From: Phallusia mammillata
Lineage: Eukaryota
Length of the DNA: 64,000 nt
Direction: 5' to 3'
Assembly (NCBI GenBank): GCA_965637545.1
Contig: OZ281497.1
Span: forward strand, 17,608,001 to 17,672,000
Shown: positions 52,684 through 64,000 of the stretch, one piece after another
How the letters are laid out: every line of letters starts with the position of its first letter
How positions within the stretch are numbered: the stretch's first letter is position 1
Notes under the pieces: generated by a model
The model's database searches: none
What the model saw: the letters and a program-made list of their open reading frames with translations, nothing else
Told to the model about the DNA's origin: nothing
Made by a program: the position numbers and the translations under genes

Positions 52684-55600
52684 ATCTAACCGCTAATTGT
52701 TTTAGGCGTGTACAAACTATAGCATTTAAATGATTCCAAATTTATGCAATATACACTTGGGTACTTTCCTTGCTCAATTAATCTCAGGGTAAATTGTTAC
52801 ATAGACGTTAACGTACAGAGGCTGGACAAGAAACCAAAAGTTGTTTTTGCGAAAACAACACCGAATCGAATGCAAAAATGCCGAACTGGTCCAATAGGGT
52901 CAACAAAGGTCAAGACGAACATGTAAAAACCTGTGTCTTAAAAGTCTTAATGTGTGCGTCCATTTTCGCAGAAATTGCCACCGATGATCCTATGCTTCAA
53001 TGAAATGCAAAAACTTTCCCAAATTTACTTTTTGGACCCAACCTTTACCGTTTGGGGTTCCAGACAAAACAGTGACTTGGAGATTCCCGTGGGAAGCAGC
53101 GACGATTCCAGACATTAGGGCGCGCGATGATTTTAACGCGACAAAAGAGCGTTAGGCGATTGTTGACACTGCACGCGCCGAAAAGCTCCTGTTTCACAAC
53201 CCCAGGGTTGAGGGATACACTGCCACCAAGCGGCAACTGCTTAGTGACAATTGTGAATTGATAAAATAGTTCGTTTTGGGATTCATATGGGGCTGTTCAT
53301 GTCGCTTCACAGCCTATACTTGCAACAACGAGGTATGATAAGAAACGTTTACCTGCTCTGGTCATCTGAGTGAGAACACATAGCACTTTGCTAATTGGTG
53401 TTTTTTTAATACAGGAAATATTTCCTAAATGTGCTAAAGTTAATCAAAATGTGATCGACATTTAAGATAACGTCGCCCTATAATAATTTTACAAACGAAA
53501 ATATACTATTGAGTTCCTTCAGGTTGAACAACGCTTTTATGTTAGAGTTTGTTGGATGTCGACTTAAAATTAGAGATTTTTGTTAGAAACCCGGACAAAA
53601 ACGAATGCATGCAGTGCGGTTACGCAATACACAGAACACGGTGTGTGGTCACGATTGTCGTCTCTTCGGCATACAAAATGACAATTAACACACCGCCAAA
53701 CAAGTAAAGCGGCTTCGGACTGTCTGCGCTCTGCATCTCCCGACAGTGAAGCCGAGAAACGGGAATAGATCTTCCATTTGCTGACGCCACAGACTTCAGG
53801 CTTAGACCAACGCGCGTATTTATAATCACTCCTGCGGCAGCTGATAATTGCCGCCTTTGATACGCACGCCATTTAGCGGCATAATGTCTGTTTATGTCAG
53901 ATCGACCGAACAAGCCAGCGTCGATGCGAAATTAAATGTTGTCGGGCCACCATTACGACCGCGAGCGGTGTCTGACACAAACGGTCCCGCTTATAATCTG
54001 CAGAGGCATGCGATGAAGAGTCCGCGCAGAAAATCACTGCTTCCCGTTCTTTCCTGGTAAGATCACATGCCGTATAAGGAATTGAATCACAAAAACTCTG
54101 AATATGAAAAAAAGCGGGAGAGGTAGGGGAGCGTTGGTTCACAAAAAGTGTCTGTGTGCAGTAATTTCTTTGTGTCAAAGAATTATTGCAAACTAACCAA
54201 TTTTACTTTTTCTATCACATAAAATACAATCCAAGATCCGGTTGAAAGTGGAGCGTTGTGTGTCAATGGCGCCTTCCAGTGGAATTTTGTTTTTGTTAAG
54301 AGAACGAATTAGGCACAATTTCACAAAACTAACATATTCTGAGTGTCCAAAATGCACTATCACTCCAATCATCACAAGAATCTGTGTCTAAATAATATGT
54401 AAAAAACACAATTCGATTTAGTTGTAACTTGTAAGAAAATCGTTTTGAAACAGAAACAAAATGCAAGAGTGGTTATATTGGTTGCTTCATGGAAAATCGT
54501 TGCACAAAACAGAGTCACAGTATTACGACATCATTACTTGACATAAATGTCTCTGCTATATTGAGTACCCTGCCAAATTTTCTCGGTTGTTTTGGGAGGA
54601 AATTTTCCAATGTAGCCAGAATAGTTAAATTATGTTTTATAATTTTTGTAATTTCAAAGAGTTTTCATGTTTAGCATGCCCACGGTACGGTTTCCGAACA
54701 GACGCCCAAAACACTTCAAAACATCTTAAAAACCACTACACCTGTCACAGGGTTTTCGCACAAACCGATAAACAACAAACAGACGAAAAACAAATCGAGT
54801 CAATGAGTTGTGCAACGTTGAAATCAATAATTACAAGCCCCGAGAATATGTGACAAACAAATGTAAAAGTGTAAGCCTATTGTTAGATGCGAGCGTGGCC
54901 CATTTATGGCCAGGACTGCTGTTTCAGCTGTACCAATTAAACTTGACGGTAAACCGCAAATCGTTCTGTTATTCCGAGAAGGCGATGCAATAATATCAAT
55001 GACATCAGCTGTTTTTATGCTCCCGTCACCTCGCCAGAAGAAAGTTTTTGAAGAGCAATTTTAGAGTGCAAAAATGCAGGACAATGCGAAACTGAGAAAA
55101 CTTATATATACTTGCTACAACGAACCAACACATTTTTTTGCATTACTTGTTTTGTTTTTACCAAAGCGACCATTTGAAGTATGTCACATGAAGTATGTCA
55201 AGAGAAGAAAATACTACAGAAACGGAAGTTATATGTATGCAATAAATCAATGAAATCGACATATGCGAAAAAACAGTAATTTTACTGAATTGCAAAACCT
55301 GCTAGAAAATGTAGCATGTTTTAAAAAATGCACAAAATATATGTGTTACTTGGCTGCGTGTTGAAGGCAATTACATTACAAGTATGTGAAAAACAGATCA
55401 AAAACAAATCTGTTAGTGGTATGACTCAGTTCCTTAACACTTGAACGGAAACCTTTTTGTTCTAACTATACGGTTTTATCTGAAAATGGGTCAAAAAAAT
55501 CTGTTTTTGCAGTTAATAGGTCAAGCACTTTAAAGTGTTTGCCAAGTGCAGAATTTTGTCTTCAGCATTACTAGCACTACCTAGCGGCAAATATATTTTT

Positions 55601-58014
55601 GTGTTTGTATCAAAAGTGAGCGCTTGAGTTCATGGTTTAAAATTAAGTAAGGTCGAGTTGCACAAAAGGACTACAGAACAATGACTCTAAGTGTTAATTA
55701 CCGATTACCAATATGACCAAAAATACATAAATTCAACAAACACATACTTCTGCCAACACAACATATTTGGTCGTTGATCACAGTAACACAAACCGAAGGT
55801 TTTTTCGCAGCATCGCTGAAAGTCGTGGAAAGAAATAAACACGTTTGCAGTCTGACTAGTGAACTCTGGGTTGTGTTTGACAAACTTTTACAAACGCATC
55901 CTTACTTCCGTAATAAATACACACTTTAAGGGGGTGGTAATTACGATTTGAATATTCTTGGTGGTAATTGCGATTAGAAAGGAAATCGCAGTAGCCTATG
56001 TATCAAAACAAGTTAAAGTCTGAACATATCCGCTTGGGTTAGGTACGCAGTTGACTGTTTTGCCTGATGTACATTAACCGCATACAGATGCAAACAACCT
56101 CGGGATTCGGAATCACCAAGGCTTCGAATCCCGCAAAAAGATATATGTGCAACATTTTGTACTTAAATCCCACCAAGCTGTTCGACTATTCTCTCCAAAT
56201 AGACAGGACTTTCAAAATGCATTTTAAAGGTGGACCTAACAGTTACATTAGTTTTGTAGATATATTTTGTGTAAGTTTGATTTGTTTTATATCTCTTTGG
56301 AAAGTTTGTGGCATTGCAAATACATATAGTTTGTTTGCTGAGGCTATAACAACTTTGGAAACATTAGGTAAACAGCGTTAGTGCATTCGATATTGCGCGA
56401 TCAAAACCTGCTTCTATCAATGTACGTTGGCGATAAAGTTTTTGAAAACCAGCAAATTGTTTGAAAACTACACATTAATATGAAGACGTTTTAACTTTGT
56501 TGTCGCGCTTTGAAGTAAAAAAACTGCTGCAAAAGCAAACAATGAGTTCAAAGAAGTCATTCTCCACGGTGCGAACGTGCATAGCAGAGCCATGAATTTG
56601 TGATTACGAAACGCTTTGTAGTGTCAACGCAAGGAGAACAATCTTGAAGAAACTACTACAGCAACTTCCACAAATCCATTACACCATGGGCTTGCGTTGT
56701 TTTGTGTAGTGTACTGGCATTCGAAAACGATCTTTAATAAACGTAGCAAAAAACTGTTTATTTATTTTGGCGGAGCAAATTATCTTTACACAGTGGAAAT
56801 TGACTAAGCGTTTTTATCGCAACGTAAACCCTAAGGACTGTGATGTTGTGGGTTCCCAAAATAGATACACATTAATCACGATTTGAAGAGTGTTTAGGCG
56901 AAACAGGGTTCAACAAAAGATCGCTTCCTTTAAAAAAAATCTGAACAGGAAAAGGCATTGATCAAACTACTGACAACCGCATCGTGAGAGTAACTCACTT
57001 GAACAGCCTTCAGCAAATGCTACCGAATTTAGAAAACACACACACACATGAATGCGGCGTTAGTGGCAAAAACAAACGTCCCGTCACTCAAACTCCCTAT
57101 TTTTCTCTTCCCTTTTCTTGGTCGTTTGTTTGCTAATACTTCTCCGGCGGCAAATCCGAGAATAAAAGTCGCCGAGGAACTTCAACTCCAAATAGACTTT
57201 CGTATAGCCCCCTTGGTAGCGAACACAACGTAAACGTCGAATCAACCGAGATCATGGAGACGTTGCCACGGTAAGAATGGATGTTTGTGTATTTTGTACA
57301 GGATTTGTCATTCGGTGTAATTGTACCGCGTTGTAAAAGTAAAGTGTGCGAAGGTATGAATTTCGAAAAAGGTTAGAGGAAAATACGCTAAAACAAAGGA
57401 TTAAAACAATTGCTTACACACAAAGTTTTGGTAGAAATACAAATATATTATATTCTCAGCCGATCTACAGAGGACAGACCGTGTTAAACAACATTATATG
57501 GCGGACGTATTAACAGTTAACTTAGCAATTATATTGGTTCTATATCAGTTAGTCACTGCAAAAACAGAAAAACCTATTCAGCGAGTATATGTCGCAAGAA
57601 TTAAACAACTATTTAAAGCGATAAGTAACGTCATGGGTTTGTCTTGCGTAGCCTTAACCTTACAAGCGAAATCGTTTTGTTGTAGGACTAAGGGTCGCTG
57701 CATAATAGCTTGACAAACCGCAGTCTTACGTATAGCGCGAATGAATAGAGGCGAAGTAATAATATTCTGCTGAGGCAAGTTTACTCGTGTTGCTCTTTAA
57801 CGCGAGCGCAACACAAGGGCGTTCAATAATGTGCGGAGCGCGGCCTATTGAGAACGATTGAGAAGTTTTCTTAACATGAGCGCGTTTGTATCAAACCGGG
57901 ATCTCTTAATCAAACAGACGCCACTTCGGCCCGGACGATTCCAAGGCAACGTGAAAAATGAGTTTTTCGCCTAAGTCGAGCGAGAGGTTTTGTGTTTAGC
58001 GTGCACCCGCAGAT

Positions 58015-60247
58015 ATGGCTGAAACAGGATATTATGAACAAAGACAGGTGTACAGGTGGATAGATTCCAACCACAATGCAGATCGTCAAACTGGTTCGGC
58101 ACACAAAACAATTGGTCTTATTTTGAGATCTGACGAGTCTGCAATAGACCAGGATGCAACGAACGCGGTGTTTTATGACGAAGCGTTGCCCAAAATTGCA
58201 GGGTATGATAGGTTATAGTTCATATGAATAACAGTTACAACGTTGATTTCTGCATCAACTGAAAGCTCTCGTTGTACGCTTTTTGACGCTGCTAAATTCA
58301 ATATTCATATAGCAAGGTCATTTATTCCATTTTCGTGATTCTGGCATTTAAATTGCGATACTGTGCGAAACACCACATAGTGTTCAAAGTTTCCCGTCCC
58401 AAGTTAAAAGTTTATATTGTTTATACAGGTTGCCACAACCATTAAATCACGAACGGTTCGACAACGCCGAAGTTCCGCGATTCAATACCAACACAAACAA
58501 ACGCAACGGTGAAAATTGGACGCGCTTACCCTTTCTGCGCGACGGTGACAAAGCAACCGCCACCAAGGAAAACACATGGGAAGATGAATTCAGCAGGTTG
58601 AGGTTACCACCAGAAAAAACTGGCCAATCAGGACACGCTAATGTCACCGAACTTTACGAGAGTTTTGCGCGAAAACCTCGGGATGAGGATGCAGACGTAA
58701 ATGATGGAAAGAAAAAAAGAAGACGTAGACACAGACATCACCGACGTAAAAGATCACAGGATGACCAATCAAAGACAAATGACGAGGAAGATCAAACTGA
58801 CGAGAGCAGTGGGCCACGAAGGCATCGGCGGCGACACAGAAGGCATAGGGATCGTGTTAAAGAGAATACTACAGAAGGAGACAACACAAAATCGATTTCA
58901 ACAGGAGAAACTGGGATTATAGAAGTCGTAAGTCGTCAAGAAAAAGAAAAAGTTGTAGACGCAAGTCACAACAAAACTGTGCAGTTTCCAAAACAGACGA
59001 AGCTTGTGAGTTACGTTAGCATACCGACAAAAAGGGACGATGTCAAATCTGCTGAAGTTGATGTTCAACCAAAAGTCACAGTCAATACTGACAAAACAAA
59101 CGAGCAGAAATCTGATAGGGACATGTTTAGGCCACAGGTCTTTAAGGTGGCGTCATCCAAAGGAGTGGAAGGACATGCTATACAATTGCGTACAGCTGAA
59201 GTTAAAAAACAAAATGGTATCAGGTCGGTTTTGCTTACCCAAAAGGCAATTTCGCGTGAACGAGCGATTTCAAAACACAATACGGTGACAAAGACTCAAC
59301 ACAATGTTCAGGGCCGCACGGTTACAGCACCAACAAAAGTAGTTGAGGAAAAACGTCAACAAAACCACGAAGTAAAACCAAGTAGACCACTTACCGAAGC
59401 GAACACTCGTATGCCTACGCAGACTTCACAAAAAGCGTACTTCAGATCGAAGACATGCATGGACACGCAAAAAATTGCTGTACAACCTAAGCAGCACAAG
59501 TTTGTGTAAGTGAAACCCTTGGTTTATGATGTAGAAGTCAAGCATTTTAATGAACGATGAGTCATACGAATACGACACACGTTAACTTTAAAGCGCGTTG
59601 GTTTTAACAAATATGACTGTAACTTCTGTATTCTAAGTGCAAGACAAGTAAACACATAATTGTAGCTGAGAGAAGAAATATCTGCAGAAATTTTTTCACA
59701 AAAACAATGAAAGTTTTTTATTTTAAAGAGTAACAAACGACCGTGAAGTGGCAAGATATCAGCAAATGCTCAGTGTTTATTTGGACGAAAAGTGGCACAA
59801 AGCAAGAAAACAAAGATTCTTCAAGATGCTCGAACAGTTCCAAATGAAAAACAACGTACAACACGTGGTCAAACAACGAACCAAAGCCAAGGAAATCCAC
59901 AAAGCAATTATGAGGTTCAGTCAGTTCATGTGATATTATAAATTATTTTGTCACAAAAAAGCCCTATGTTTTTGACGCATCAAACAAAATATGGTTTAAG
60001 GACAGGAATCCAAACATCAATGGCGTAAATGTTGGCTTACAAAAACAAATCTAACCCTGGTAATCCAATCCACACCCATTACCTTGTTTGCAGGCAAAAC
60101 GAACAATTAGAGTATGTACGAAACAAGCACATGGCAGAGAAAGAAAAGCGTCTCGCCTCTCAACATGTCAAATGGAAATTCGTCCGTAACGCCATCAATG
60201 ATCGACAGAAATTCGGGTTGCCCAACAAACTCCATGTAAGTTCTTGA
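58015..60247 (+). CDS. Uncharacterised protein (~534 aa) with Arg/His/Lys tracts and a predicted C-terminal helical/coiled-coil region
   Basis: Phase-consistent exons 58015-58202, 58429-59505, 59729-59914, 60094-60247. An alternative donor CAT|GTAAGT at 60236 could add a tiny terminal exon at 60592. Acceptor-like CCCGCAG lies just before the ATG. The 1077-nt second exon is open. No family recognised. Confidence 0.75.
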
Positions 60248-61074
60248 TATGTGAGCGACATCTAGCGTCTAAAGTTTAAACAAAACCTGTACCCAATTTG
60301 GCGCTAAAGAGTCAACTTTAGCCTCCTCGTGTTTTGCATCACACAAAAAATGTTTAATTTAAAATGACCAAATGGGTGTACAAAAACATGGAATGCGCGA
60401 CGTATGCATTATGTTGAAAATTTTTTAAGGACGTGGTCATTGCCAAGCAAAATCTTGAAAGAAGCGTTGTATCGGAAAGGCGAAAGCGAACGTTTTCCAA
60501 AAGTGAATTGAGACGTAGGAACGAGGCAAAGTAAGTTCAACCCTTTACTTAATGAAAGACGAAAAAAACTTTAAACCATCGTTTTATTCAGATTTGAATT
60601 TATGTTTGAACCAACAACTGGAAGACGATACATAACCGCAGTTCCTAACGTATGACAAAGGTTCCCTTGCATCCTGTAATGAACGCTTTCAACATCAGTG
60701 AACTGAAGACGATACGCTAAAAAAATGCAAATCGTTACCAGCTTGTGTATTAAATTGACTTCAACCGTGCTTCGTTTACCTATATTCCAATGTCAAACAC
60801 GACATGCGTCAAATACTGTTGCAATGAACCAAGCAAGAAGACATTCAGTAGCATGAGTAAATGCCGACCCATGATGCTACGGTCAATGATTGCTGCCCAT
60901 GTGTGAAAATTTTGCCGCGTACTTTAAATTAATAAACTCCTGCAACAACAACAACAAAATTCTTTTTAGCCAGTTAATAAGTAGAAAACAGAGATAGACT
61001 ACACAAATTTTTTAAAATAGTTACATTTATTCAGTAAGTTAAATGATTTGCTGACTCCTTTGTTACTGCGCATG

Positions 61075-61215
61075 GTTGCCAGTTGTCATGCAGTCGAAGT
61101 GGGATGTCCTACGCTGGCAACAGCTTTCTCACGTCTAAAAACAGCTGATGTCACCTTGACGAGCATGCATGGTGACAATGTGGTGGCCTTTCTTTGTCAC
61201 ATTGGCGTATAAAAG
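61075..61215 (+). promoter_or_regulatory. Muscle-type promoter of the MRLC gene
   Basis: E-boxes CAGTTG (61080-61085) and CAGCTG (61142-61147); T-box-like TGTCACC/GGTGACA (61149-61155, 61171-61177); CRE half-site TGACG (61157-61161); TATAAAA (61208-61214), about 95 nt before the ATG. MRF, Tbx6 and CRE motif clusters are characteristic of ascidian muscle gene promoters. Confidence 0.65.
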
Positions 61216-61302
61216 GCGATGCAAGTAGAGGAACAGACATACACATTGATTTGATTCACTTACCTGACTTGGAACCATCATCGGACAAGACAATCAACAG
61301 AC

Positions 61303-62604
61303 ATGGTAAGGGTCTTGTAGCATGGAAGCAAGTAGTTGTTTAGAAGTTACCTATCAGCGAAATTCAGTCTAAGAGTGCTTTAAACATTGCTGACTGGAAA
61401 GTATAATCGGCAGCAGTAATGGAGACACAAAGTAAAAAAAACAGATAATGGAAACGAAAGCGTATATGAAACAGGCACATCATTTTGCAGGCACCCGGAC
61501 GTAAAGGAAAGAAGGAGGGAGGCAAGAAGACCCAGAAGTCAACCTCCAATGTTTTCTCTATGTTTGACCAAAATCAAATCCAGGAATTCAAGGAGGTTCG
61601 TAACTACAATTCTGTGCTTTTGAAGATCCACATTCGATGGCGTTACTTAATCAAATACATTTGAAATAGTTTTGCTTACACCAGTCTCTACAAACATAAA
61701 GACAAATTAATTTTCATTTTAGGCTTTCTCCATGATTGACGCCAACAGAGACGGATTCATCGACAAAATCGACTTGAAGGACACATATGCATCTTTGGGT
61801 AAGTCGACAAATGCGTTCACTTTACAACATGCACGCTAGAATCTCTAAACCAACTAAGGGCAATGCCGTGAACCACAAAATTTGAAACAGGTGTACGCGA
61901 TATCAAGATGGAGAAATTGGAAGCAATGGTGTTGGAAGCCCCGACCGCCATCAACTTCACAGTCTTCCTTAACATGCTTGCCGACAAACTGCATGGTACT
62001 GACCCAGAAGACACGATTGTCCAAGCCTTCAAACTGCTTGACCCTGAACAAAAGGGAGTCCTCCACAAAGATTAGTGAGTTTCGCTGTCCAAAACCAAGT
62101 ATTTTTCAATTATGTGTAACACGACTAACATTATGTACTTTCACAGTATTTCCGGCCTTCTGATGTCACAAGCTGACAAATTCACCAAAGAAGAGGTAAG
62201 TTTTTAAAATAAATTCAGATATTTAACTCGAACGTATGATAATAATGCTACGCCGCTAGGTGGCAGCAAGCACAAAACATACGAATACCGTCGACCCATA
62301 ACAAAACAAAGTTGTTTGAAGTTGGTACATCCGCTAGGGTTCAAACCGTACAAACAGGATTAAACCAAATGTTATCCAAGTTTGAAATGTAATGCTGTAA
62401 TCATGGTTTTAGTTGTTGCGATTTTCAATCCAACTTAAAAGTAGTCGTTTGGCAAGTATGAACCCAAATTTACTTTAACAATAAGGCTCATTATTTTATT
62501 CACAGATCGATCAAATGCTGGAAATTGCTCCCGTTGATGTTGCTGGTAACCTTGACTACAAGTCACTGTGTTACATCATTACTCATGGTCAAGAGGAGGA
62601 GTAG
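61303..62604 (+). CDS. MRLC: Myosin regulatory light chain, sarcomeric type (MYL2/MYL7/MYL10-like), 171 aa
   Basis: Exons 61303-61305 (ATG only), 61491-61595, 61723-61798, 61891-62074, 62147-62195, 62506-62604. Protein includes [35 protein letters not shown] (EF-hand), [17 protein letters not shown] and [25 protein letters not shown]. Confidence 0.96.
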
Positions 62605-64000
62605 ATTTGCTAAAGCAAAACGCAACCATTTCGCTTCTACGTTTAGCTCGTTTAACTTTGTTTACCTGTATATAAGTTTGTACAAATGTTTTGTCGGCAA
62701 GTGGCAGAACTTAAACCTGCTGTAACAAGTAACTTTCGAAGAAACCAAGTTCAGAACCGCAGGGATGGCATTAAAACAGCGGATGGCGCTGTGCGATACG
62801 GATGTATTGTGCAGTGCGCAACCGTTGTCTGTCAGTGAATTTCCCGGACGAAGAACGCATGTTGTGTTGTGTAGCTGTTGTTGTGTGACTCGCTAGTCAA
62901 AATAAAACTTGCCACAAAATCTGACTGACCTCGTTTTTTAACACCAGGATTTTAAAGTAAAAAATCGACCTCAAGTTAATTTGAAAACAAATAGGATACC
63001 ATTCAAAACACAATTTAACAACCTTTTTCAATAGATACAAAAAAAACACTGCCAATATTTAAAGTGATTAAAGAACAAACAAATTTTGAAAGCAGCGGAG
63101 TGAAAGCAGACATATTTCTTCAAGCCAAGCAATGATTTGTTTTTTTATATAATTTTGACTTGATAGTATAACAGTTGCAAACAAATTAACATCACCATAA
63201 TAGCAGCTGGCCACACGTTAAATAGAAGTTCAGTGCCGAAAAAAAAACTATTCAAAATTTTTAAGGTTTGATGAAAATGCATTCGATTTCGGCGGTCAAC
63301 CTAAAATTGTTTGATCTATTTGTCAGTGATTACACGGGTTTTCTTGTACCGGCACCTTTTAAGTTTTGTGTCGGCCAGCTTTGATTGGGGGCGATCACAG
63401 GATCCCACGTTTCCACAGCTTGATACCTGAATTTCGGAATGTAGTCGCGTGTTTACCCTCAAAACAAGCGTGAAACAATGTCGGCGCAGAACCAGGCTTT
63501 ATCCAAGCAAAGTGGCCATGGAGGCGGTGGGTTTGATCACGTAACCTAACCCGCTTGCCAGCCAGTTGATACAAATCATCCCAAATCGGGCGAGGGAGAA
63601 TCATTGGGCGCATAATTAGCCGTCGCAATTCTATGGTGCAGTGTGCGCCGATCGCGGTGAGCTATGTTTATGGTATAAACTCGCGACAAGGGAAAGCGGA
63701 CAATGACGCGGCTTAGGAATCATCGACGGTGAAAGATTACCCTGCTGTCGAAGCACCTTTTGCTAACAGTTTTTTTTAAACTGATGTGTCCTTCCGTTGC
63801 TCAAGAATCCGCGAACAATCAATAGTGACGCCGGGTTAGGGCACCCAGCAGCCACGTCCATAACAACGAGAATGTCGTTGCTTTTTGGTCCATCTCAAAT
63901 ACCTTTTGTTGCCAGCCTGTCGAGCCACGTACCCACAGCACTAGCAGCATTCATTTACCGATAAACAACGCGATCTGTTACCAAACATGTCGCAGTATTT

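Noticed and set aside
56101-56133. Hairpin CGGGATTCG...CGAATCCCG including a T-loop-like TTCGAATCCC
   Set aside because: No cloverleaf, A-box or acceptor stem, so it is not a tRNA; there is no support for a SINE or Helitron end either.
63395-63628. Minus-strand ORF containing HF...IKPGSAPTLF, reminiscent of the THAP-domain AVPTIF motif
   Set aside because: No C2CH zinc ligands (no CxxxC or CSxHF), wrong spacing, an upstream in-frame stop and no convincing splice sites; probably chance.
1-64000. rRNA, tRNA, SL RNA, and muscle miRNAs (miR-1/miR-133) near MRLC/NK4
   Set aside because: A visual scan found no matching mature or structural sequences; a covariance-model search (Infernal/tRNAscan) would be needed to exclude them formally.

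Overview
Eukaryotic animal DNA, very probably from an ascidian (tunicate). This is inferred from the AT-rich sequence, many 55-90 nt GT-AG introns, a GH9/CBM2 gene, an MRLC ending HGQEEE with an ascidian-type muscle promoter, and a probable operon. Seven protein-coding genes were reconstructed by hand with phase-consistent splice sites: (1) a 5'-truncated ZU5/UPA-like gene (+, to 5625); (2) a 15-exon secreted multidomain GH9 endoglucanase-like gene (-, 7208-19750); (3) intronless NTAQ1/WDYHV1 (+, 25449-26042); (4) 19-exon C2CD5 (+, 26308-31671); (5) NK4/Nkx2-3/5/6 homeobox (-, 39489-46615), alone in about 26 kb of otherwise non-coding DNA; (6) an uncharacterised basic/coiled-coil gene (+, 58015-60247); (7) a sarcomeric-type myosin regulatory light chain (+, 61303-62604). 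Mobile DNA comprises a Helentron/HINE-like element with an internal tandem array, several hAT MITEs with 8-bp TSDs (one nested pair, one sitting exactly on a splice donor) and a Tc2/Kanga-like MITE. Top lead: the GH9 protein lacks all three canonical catalytic carboxylates (DAGD reads NGAG; NEV reads NGV) but has an intact open gene. It is fused to an agrin NtA-like domain, a Sushi/CCP domain, a poly-Glu/Thr-rich linker and a CBM2-like module, making it a candidate non-catalytic cellulose-binding adaptor in the only animal group that makes cellulose. Domain calls come from recalled motifs, not database searches.
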